Positions 57,748-64,000 of a stretch of 64,000 nt of DNA are shown piece by piece. The stretch is from Candidatus Multivorans sp. GTDB lineage: Bacteria > Acidobacteriota > Thermoanaerobaculia > Multivoradales > Multivoraceae. The notes beneath the pieces are model-generated. The model was not told the origin of the DNA. It made no database searches and worked only from the letters and a program-made list of their open reading frames with translations. Location: contig OZ242167.1 of NCBI GenBank assembly GCA_965205295.1, positions 3,826,007 through 3,890,006 of the forward strand. Direction: 5' to 3'. Made by a program: the position numbers and the translations under genes. The first letter of the stretch is position 1. Every line of letters begins with the position of its first letter.

Positions 57748-59128
57748 CCGCCGGAGCGAGGGCTTTAGGGACCGCCTGATCCTCGGGTCGGTGGTTGCGG
57801 CTCTCCTCAGTGTCGCCGCGGTGAATCCTCCCGCGGCTGCCCAGTTCCGCGCGGGCGCCGCCGCGGTCGAGATCACGCCGCCGGTCGGATCGCTGCTCTA
57901 CGGGTACGGCGTCCGCGGCGCGAACCGCTCCGAAGGCGTTCACGATCCGCTCTATGCGCGGGCGCTGGTGCTCGAGGCGGGCGGCGAGACGGTCGCGCTG
58001 GTCACGCTGGACCTCGGATCGATCAAGAAGGCGAACACGGTCGTGGTCCGGCGAGAGGTCGAAGCCGCGGCCGGGTTCGACCACGTTCTGCTGAGCGCGT
58101 CGCACACCCACTCGGCGCCGAGCTTCGAAGCGGACTTTCCGAGCGCGGAGCAGCCGTGGATTGCGGAGCTGGAACGGAAGATCGTCGCCGCGGTCGTCGA
58201 GGCCCATGCCGGGCTGCGGCCGGCGCGGGTCGCGGTGGGTTGGGGCGCGGCGAGCGAGGGCTTCAACCGGCGCCGCGTGCTGCCCGACGGCAGCGTGGAG
58301 ATGTTCTGGCGCAACCGCGAACGGCTGCCGACCGGGCCGGTCGACGACTCGGTGGCGGTGCTGGCCGTCGACGACGCCGGGGGCGGCGCGATCGCGACGG
58401 TGGTCAACTTCGCGGTCCATCCCGTCATCCTGGGGCCTGAGAACATGCTCGTTTCCGCCGACTACCCGGGAGCGATGGCGGCCCTGGTCGAGGCACGGGG
58501 AGGCGGCGTGCCGATGTTCCTGCAGGGCGCACCGGGCGACATCAACCCGTTCTGGGACAAGACCCCGCCCGAGGAAGGCGGCTTCGAACAGGTGCTCATG
58601 GCCGGCGAACGGCTCGGACACGAGGTGCTCCGCATTCGCACCGATCTTGTGGCCGCGGGCGCCTTCCACGACCCGGAGACTCTCTCGGTGCGGCGGCATG
58701 TGGTGCCGCTTGAAGCGCGCTGGGACCTGGAGTCGCCGGAGGTGCGGGAGGCGTTTCGCCGCCGCGGCCAGGAGGCGACCCTCGAGCGTTTCCGGGTGCG
58801 CTTCCCGCTCGAACGCGAAGCCGAGGTGAACACGGTGGTCCTCGGCAACCGCCGCGAGAGCCAGATCGCGCTCGCCAGCTTCCCGGGTGAGTTCTTCGTC
58901 GAGCACCAGTTGCGCCTGCGCGCGGCGAGCCAGATTCCCCACACTCTGTTCGCCGGCTACACGAACGGAGAGCTGGCCTACTTCCCGACCATCGCCGCCG
59001 CCGCCCAGGGCGGCTATGGTGGCCGGGAAGCGACGATCGTCGAGGTCGGCGCCGGCGAGAAGCTGGTCGACCTCGCCCTGGTCTCGATTCTCGAACAGGC
59101 AGGTTGGCTGCACACGGCGCCGCCGTAG
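57734..59128 (+). CDS. neutral/alkaline ceramidase-family hydrolase (secreted)
   Basis: A signal peptide is present. VEITPPVGSLLYGYG and SASHTHSAPS (the HxHSGP-like motif) are seen, with a C-terminal tail domain. The GTG start overlaps the ACAD stop. Confidence 0.7.
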   Translation: MEKASRRSEGFRDRLILGSVVAALLSVAAVNPPAAAQFRAGAAAVEITPPVGSLLYGYGVRGANRSEGVHDPLYARALVLEAGGETVALVTLDLGSIKKANTVVVRREVEAAAGFDHVLLSASHTHSAPSFEADFPSAEQPWIAELERKIVAAVVEAHAGLRPARVAVGWGAASEGFNRRRVLPDGSVEMFWRNRERLPTGPVDDSVAVLAVDDAGGGAIATVVNFAVHPVILGPENMLVSADYPGAMAALVEARGGGVPMFLQGAPGDINPFWDKTPPEEGGFEQVLMAGERLGHEVLRIRTDLVAAGAFHDPETLSVRRHVVPLEARWDLESPEVREAFRRRGQEATLERFRVRFPLEREAEVNTVVLGNRRESQIALASFPGEFFVEHQLRLRAASQIPHTLFAGYTNGELAYFPTIAAAAQGGYGGREATIVEVGAGEKLVDLALVSILEQAGWLHTAPP

Positions 59129-59170
59129 GCGGCGGCCAGGCACTACACGGCGCCGCCGTAGGCGGCGGCC
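59109..59170. repeat. tandem 32-bp direct repeat (CACGGCGCCGCCGTAGGCGGCGGCC x2), each unit an internal palindrome
   Basis: The units lie at 59109-59136 and 59141-59168 and span the ceramidase stop. GCCGCC-GTAG-GGCGGC hairpins are present, so this is a possible terminator. Confidence 0.5.
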
Positions 59171-59208
59171 CGTCGCCTCGAACTCAAACCCCGCAAGGAG
59201 GCTTCTTC

Positions 59209-61173
59209 ATGGCATTCGATACGTGTACCCCGGTTCTTCCGGTCGCTTGGCGCCGGCTGCACCCCGCGCTCTCGGCAGCAGCTCTCACCGCGGCCTTCCT
59301 CGGCTGCGCCGCCGGCGACGAACAGGCCGCACGGCAACCGGCGGTCTACAGCGCCGCCGCCTTCCACAACACGACCTCCTACAGCGGGGCGTCGTTTTCG
59401 ACCGACGAAAGCCGCTTGCTCGTGTCGAGCGACGTGAGCGGAGTCTGGGGCGTCTACGGCATGCCGGTCTCCGGCGGCGACCCCGAGCCGCTGACCGACA
59501 GCGCGGGCCCGGTGTTCGCGCAGGGCTACTTCCCGGGCGACGACCGGTTCCTGTACACGGGCGATCAGGGCGGCAACGAGTTGAACCACCTGTACGTTGG
59601 TTCGGACGGCGCCGGGGACGTTCCCGAGGGCGCCGTCGACCTCACGCCGGGGGAGAACGTGCGCGCCTCCTTTGCCGGTTGGGCGAGTGACGGCGAGGCC
59701 TTCTTCGTGCGGACGAACGAGCGCACGCCCTTCGCCATGGATCTCTACCGCTACGAGGCGCCGCCTATCGGAACCTGGGAGTTCGAGCGCGAGCTCGTGT
59801 TCGAGAACGACGGCACGTTCGACCTCGGCGACGTCAGCGACGACGGCCGCTGGCTGGCCCTGGACCGCGTGAACAGCAACGACGACAGCGACGTCTACGC
59901 CTACGATCTCGAGGCCGGCCGCCTGGTGCACGCTTCCTCGCACGAGGGCGACGTCGAGCACTCCTCGGGCGGCTTCACGCCGGACAGCGCGCAGCTCTAC
60001 TACGGGACGAACGAGCACGGCGAGTACGCCCAGGTGTGGTCCTACGACCTCGAGACCGGCACGCGCGAGTTGGTGCTGGCGGCCGACTGGGACGTCTTCG
60101 GCATCTCCTTTTCCGAGACCGGCCGCTACCGCGTCTCGGCGATCAACGAGGATGGGGCCACAGCGGTGGAGGTGCTCGACACCGAGACCGGCGCTCCGCT
60201 CGAACTTCCCGATCTGCCCGCCGGCGACGTGGCGGGCGTCCGTTTCTCGGCCAGCGATCGCCTGATGGCCTTCTACCTGAGCAGCGACCGGGCGCCTTCG
60301 GACCTCTACGTCTACGACCTGGAGCAGGGCGGTGAGGCGGTTCGCCTGACCCGGAGTCTGAACCCCGAGATCGATGTCGACGATCTGGTGACGACCGAGG
60401 TCGTCCGCTACCCGAGCTTCGACGGTCTGGAGATTCCGGCCATCCTGTGGCGGCCGCACGGGGCGTCGGCGGAGAATCCGGCGCCCGCGATGGTCTGGGT
60501 CCACGGCGGACCGGGCGGCCAGACCCGCCGTAGCTACCGTGCCGAGATCCAGCACCTGGTGAACCAGGGCTACGTCGTCCTCGGCGTGAACAACCGCGGT
60601 TCGTCCGGCTACGGCAAGACCTTCTTCCACATGGACGACAAGAAGCACGGCGAGGTCGACCTGCAGGACTGCGTGTGGGCGCGCACCTGGCTCGAGTCCC
60701 AGGAGTTCGTCGACGGTTCGCGCGTCGGCATCATCGGCGGCAGCTACGGCGGTTACATGGTGGCGGCCGCGCTGGCGTTCGAGCCGGAAGTGTTTGACGT
60801 GGGCATCGACATCTTCGGGGTCACGAACTGGATCCGGACCCTGGAGAGCACGCCGCCGTGGTGGCAGGCCCAGAAGGTGGCGCTGCTCGGGGAGCTGGGC
60901 GACCCGGCCACCGAGCGCGAGCGTCTGCACCGCATCTCGCCGCTGTTTCACGCCTCGAACATCGTCCGGCCGCTGCTCGTTGTCCAGGGCGCCAACGATC
61001 CCCGCGTGCTCCAGGTCGAGAGCGACGAACTGGTCGAGGCGGTGCGGGCGAACGGCGTGCCGGTCGAGTACGTCCTGTTCCCGGACGAGGGCCACGGCTT
61101 CCGCAACCGGGTGAACCGGATCGAGGCGTCGGAGCGCTACGCGGCGTTTCTGGCGCAGCACCTCGGCGAGTGA
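59209..61173 (+). CDS. S9 prolyl-oligopeptidase-family serine peptidase lipoprotein with N-terminal beta-propeller
   Basis: A lipobox FLGC is present. The propeller repeats and the catalytic GGSYGG, the D of QGANDPRV and H of DEGHGF are seen. The RBS is AAGGAGG. Confidence 0.85.
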   Translation: MAFDTCTPVLPVAWRRLHPALSAAALTAAFLGCAAGDEQAARQPAVYSAAAFHNTTSYSGASFSTDESRLLVSSDVSGVWGVYGMPVSGGDPEPLTDSAGPVFAQGYFPGDDRFLYTGDQGGNELNHLYVGSDGAGDVPEGAVDLTPGENVRASFAGWASDGEAFFVRTNERTPFAMDLYRYEAPPIGTWEFERELVFENDGTFDLGDVSDDGRWLALDRVNSNDDSDVYAYDLEAGRLVHASSHEGDVEHSSGGFTPDSAQLYYGTNEHGEYAQVWSYDLETGTRELVLAADWDVFGISFSETGRYRVSAINEDGATAVEVLDTETGAPLELPDLPAGDVAGVRFSASDRLMAFYLSSDRAPSDLYVYDLEQGGEAVRLTRSLNPEIDVDDLVTTEVVRYPSFDGLEIPAILWRPHGASAENPAPAMVWVHGGPGGQTRRSYRAEIQHLVNQGYVVLGVNNRGSSGYGKTFFHMDDKKHGEVDLQDCVWARTWLESQEFVDGSRVGIIGGSYGGYMVAAALAFEPEVFDVGIDIFGVTNWIRTLESTPPWWQAQKVALLGELGDPATERERLHRISPLFHASNIVRPLLVVQGANDPRVLQVESDELVEAVRANGVPVEYVLFPDEGHGFRNRVNRIEASERYAAFLAQHLGE

Positions 61174-61180
61174 GGAGCCG

Positions 61181-62350
61181 CTAGAAGTCGACGTGCAGCA
61201 GCAGTCCCACGTGTTCGACCGATCCGGCTCCGGCCGGGTCGGTCGACACATAGTTCAGGAGCGCCCGCAAGTCGCTGCGCAGGGTCCAGTTGAGAGCCAG
61301 GGAGAGACTCTGCTGGCTGGCGCTGGGAGCAAAGCCGCCGCTCAGATCGATGTGATCCCAGCGCGCGGCGACTTCCCACGCGCCCTTGCCTTCGGGCAGG
61401 GGTGCGTTCGGCTTCAACCGGGTGAAGGTGCGGGAGCTCCGACTGTAGGGCTTCCTCTCGCCGGTGAGGAGCCAGCCCGCTTCGATGTACCGGCCCTCGA
61501 ACCGGGCGCTCCGACCATCCGGGGAAGCAACCGGCAGCAGGTCCAGTTGGGCCGACAACGCTTCGGCCTGCAGCCAGAAGGAACCCCGCGCGAGCGCGAA
61601 CTCGAGGCCCAGCAGCCGCATGCCGTCGGCCGGCACCCATCCGGTGTCGACGTGGCGCGGCGCGAGTCGTACGCCGGCGCGCCCGCGCAGGCGGACCGCG
61701 TCCGCGGTGGGCTGGCGGTGCGAGACGCCCAGGCCGAGGTGGAGCAGGGGATCGCTTCCTTCGTCTCCGTCGAGGGCCAGACCGGTGAGGCGGCCGGTCA
61801 GGCTCCAGTCCGACCCGGGGCGCATGTCGTAGCCGTCGCTGTCGCGGAAGGCGCCGACGGCCCAGGCGACGCGGTCGCCGGAGAGCCGGTCGTGGATCAT
61901 GAAGCCGAGGTTGCGCCCCGGCGCCAGGGCGGTGGCCGCGGCCGGACGCGCGATGAACGAGTGATAGTTGGACGATTGGAGGATGGAGAGGCTGAACGGC
62001 TCCTTGAAGTGCCCCGCGCGGAAGGTGGCTGCGCCACCATCGGGCGCTGCCTCGATGAAGACGTCCGTGGGCACGATGTCTCCGCTCGCGATGTCGTGCT
62101 CGATCTTGAACGTGAAGCGGTCGAGGAACTCGCCGTTCAGGACCAGGCGGGCGCGTCGCCAGTCGATGCCGTCCTCGAACTCGAACCGGTCGGCCAGCAC
62201 CGGGTCGGGAGAGGAGGTGCTGGCCTCGACGTGGAGCCGCCCACCGACGCTGACCGTGAACTGATTTGTGGCGTCCGCGTTGTTCTGAGCAGCCGCGGCG
62301 GCGGCGATGGGAATCAACGCAGCCGTAGCCAGGAAACGGAGCACTCGCAC
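61181..62350 (-). CDS. phosphate-selective porin O/P (OprO/OprP)-family outer-membrane protein
   Basis: A signal peptide MRVLRFLATAALIPIAAAAAAQ is present. The beta-barrel pattern has the C-terminal ...LLLHVDF, and the gene is adjacent to phoB-phoR. Confidence 0.65.
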   Translation of the reverse strand: MRVLRFLATAALIPIAAAAAAQNNADATNQFTVSVGGRLHVEASTSSPDPVLADRFEFEDGIDWRRARLVLNGEFLDRFTFKIEHDIASGDIVPTDVFIEAAPDGGAATFRAGHFKEPFSLSILQSSNYHSFIARPAAATALAPGRNLGFMIHDRLSGDRVAWAVGAFRDSDGYDMRPGSDWSLTGRLTGLALDGDEGSDPLLHLGLGVSHRQPTADAVRLRGRAGVRLAPRHVDTGWVPADGMRLLGLEFALARGSFWLQAEALSAQLDLLPVASPDGRSARFEGRYIEAGWLLTGERKPYSRSSRTFTRLKPNAPLPEGKGAWEVAARWDHIDLSGGFAPSASQQSLSLALNWTLRSDLRALLNYVSTDPAGAGSVEHVGLLLHVDF

Positions 62351-62559
62351 TCGCTGGGTCAGGTTTGGGTCTTGGAGGCGTCGCCGCGAGCAGCCGACCT
62401 GTCCGCTCTTTCGGCCAGCGGGATGCTCTCGTCGCTACAATCTTCGCGGAGGTTGACACGCCGGCGGTTCGGATGTCCACTGCTGGCAGGAAAGCGGCTT
62501 TGTCGACCGTTCACGAAAGGCTGGCCAGGATCTTGCGCGGCAGAACGATCTGACCTGGG

Positions 62560-62625
62560 AACCCGTGTGGCGCGCCCCGCGCCACACGCGAACCACTCCG
62601 TGCGCCCGTCATCGGGCGCACGGAT
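62560..62625. promoter_or_regulatory. two perfect palindromes in the porin/phoB divergent region (CGTGTGGCGCG-ccc-CGCGCCACACG; GTGCGCCCG-tcat-CGGGCGCAC)
   Basis: The palindromes are seen directly at ~62564-62588 and ~62600-62622. They are candidate operator or terminator elements between the divergently transcribed Pho-regulon genes. Confidence 0.4.
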
Positions 62626-62733
62626 GGCACGCGGGCATCTTGCCCGCAGCCGGCGCGCAGGGCCGGCCTTCGGAAGTTCTGCCGCGCCAGCCTTGGGTCA
62701 GGTCAACCGCATGATGGGGGTGCCGGACAATCC

Positions 62734-63429
62734 ATGAGCGCCACGAAGGTCGTCGTCATCGAGGACGAGCCCGACATTCTCGAACTGATCGAGTACAACC
62801 TGCGGCGAGAGGGTTTCGACGTCGCAATGGCGACCAGCGGCCGTGCCGGTCTCGCCGTGATCGGGCGCGAGAAGCCGGACATCGTGCTGCTGGACCTGCT
62901 GCTGCCCGGTCTGGACGGTCTCGATGTCTGCCGGCGTCTGCGCGCGGTGGAGTCGACCCGCGACCTGCCGGTGATCATGGTCACGGCTCGCGGTGAGGAG
63001 ACCGATGTCGTCCTCGGTCTCGGCGTGGGCGCCGACGACTACATCCACAAGCCCTTCAGTCCCCGGGAACTGATCGCCCGCGTCCGGGCGGTCCTGAGGC
63101 GGGGCCCGATGCGGGACCGCGATCCGGAACGTCTTGTCGTTCGGGGGCCGCTTCAGATCGATCCGGTCAAGCACCGGATCAAGGTCGAGGGTCGGCGGCT
63201 GGAGTTCACGCCGACCGAGTTTCGCCTTGTGCACTTCCTGGCCTCGCATCCCGGCCGCGTGTTCACCCGCGGCCAGCTCCTGGACCGGGCGATCGGGGAC
63301 CGAGCAGTGGTGATCGACCGGAACATCGATGTCCACGTGCGGTCGGTGCGCAAGAAGCTCGGGCCGCACCGCGACCTGATCGAGACGGTGCGCGGCATCG
63401 GCTACTGCTTCAGCGAGGAATCTCCATGA
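62734..63429 (+). CDS. phoB: OmpR-family phosphate-regulon response regulator PhoB
   Basis: REC motifs are VVVIEDEP and IVLLDLLLPGLDG. The winged-helix C-terminus is LEFTPTEFRLVHFLASHPGRVFTRGQLLDRA ... VHVRSVRKKL. Confidence 0.88.
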   Translation: MSATKVVVIEDEPDILELIEYNLRREGFDVAMATSGRAGLAVIGREKPDIVLLDLLLPGLDGLDVCRRLRAVESTRDLPVIMVTARGEETDVVLGLGVGADDYIHKPFSPRELIARVRAVLRRGPMRDRDPERLVVRGPLQIDPVKHRIKVEGRRLEFTPTEFRLVHFLASHPGRVFTRGQLLDRAIGDRAVVIDRNIDVHVRSVRKKLGPHRDLIETVRGIGYCFSEESP

Positions 63430-64000
63430 TCCGCTCACCTCTCTTCTGGCGCCTCTTGATGGGCGCGGTCGCTCTGCTGGCTGCGGGTCTTCTGCTTGGC
63501 GGCGGGGTGGCCTCGGGTCGACTCGGCCCGGCCGTCTTCTGGACCCTGGCGCTGCTGGCGGGCGCCTGTGCCGGTATCGGCGCCAACCGGTTGGCGAAGC
63601 GGGCGCGGGATCTGCTGAAGAAGGCCTCTGCGCTCGGAGTGCGCGTGCCGCGGGCCGAGGACGGCCGCGGTGACGAGTTCGCCCGGCTCGAAGCCTGTCT
63701 GGAGGAGAACGAAGCGCAGTTCGGGGATCAGGTCGAGCAGCTCAAGGCGGAGCGCAACCAGTTGACGGCGGTGCTCGGCGGGATGGTCGAAGGGGTGGTG
63801 GCGATCGACCTCGACCGGCAGGTGCTTCACCTGAACGCGGTGGCGGCGAACTGGTTCAGACGCCCGGCGCCGCGGTTGGCGGTCGGACGTCCGATCTACG
63901 AGCTGTCGCGCCAGCCGGAGATCTCGGGCGCCCTGATCGAGGCGATGGAGAAGCGGAGGCAGGTGAGCCGTACGTTCACCCTGGCGGGCTTCACCGGCCA
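63426..64000 (+). CDS. phoR: phosphate-regulon sensor histidine kinase PhoR (3'-partial)
   Basis: The ATGA overlap with phoB is present. Two N-terminal TM segments and a PAS-like region (LTAVLGGMVEGVVAIDLDRQVLHLN) are seen. The ORF is open to the window end. Confidence 0.8.
   Translation, partial: MIRSPLFWRLLMGAVALLAAGLLLGGGVASGRLGPAVFWTLALLAGACAGIGANRLAKRARDLLKKASALGVRVPRAEDGRGDEFARLEACLEENEAQFGDQVEQLKAERNQLTAVLGGMVEGVVAIDLDRQVLHLNAVAANWFRRPAPRLAVGRPIYELSRQPEISGALIEAMEKRRQVSRTFTLAGFTG

Overview
This is a high-GC (~70%) bacterial chromosomal segment: a housekeeping core interrupted by two accessory stretches. The core on 1-25.6 kb runs DUF362 (partial), O-antigen-ligase-like/TPR membrane protein, GGDEF, ksgA, ftsK, fmt, a frameshifted rsmB, hup, GT2, moaC, DUF1343, serA, purB, rlpA/SPOR, argF, rdgB, coaE, then rplM-rpsI, rpsB-tsf-pyrH-frr, ispDF and rlmB. 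A tRNA-Thr/Tyr/Gly cluster follows at 25.66-25.93 kb. Immediately after it comes a tandem-repeat scar carrying duplicated tRNA-Gly 3' ends, and then a small lower-GC cargo islet (secreted hypothetical, RidA, ThuA). From 29-47 kb: SulP-STAS-cNMP, HTTM/LMF-like, aminotransferase, CitE-like, sulfatase-like lipoprotein, a LolA-like + 2xFtsX + ABC ATPase + OMP cassette, and pstS-C-A-B1-B2. The most interesting part is a ~9.4 kb low-GC island (47.0-56.45 kb) lacking integrase or tRNA. It carries a tight minus-strand array: Type IIG-like N6-adenine MTase, dcm, a GHKL(MutL/MORC-like)::histidine-kinase fusion, a REC + unknown-effector protein, and vsr, with a divergent DUF4143 AAA ATPase. This looks like a cytosine-methylation-linked two-component cassette inserted in the reading-enzyme slot of a Dcm/Vsr restriction-modification module, and is a candidate undescribed defence or epigenetic-signalling system. 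The window ends with acyl-CoA DH, neutral ceramidase, S9 peptidase, an OprO/P-like phosphate porin and phoB-phoR. Two other structural observations: a ~190-bp MITE-like element with ~28-bp terminal inverted repeats present as two inverted copies flanking purB-rlpA plus a solo remnant at 35.1 kb, and a 1-bp indel in a G4 run that splits rsmB.
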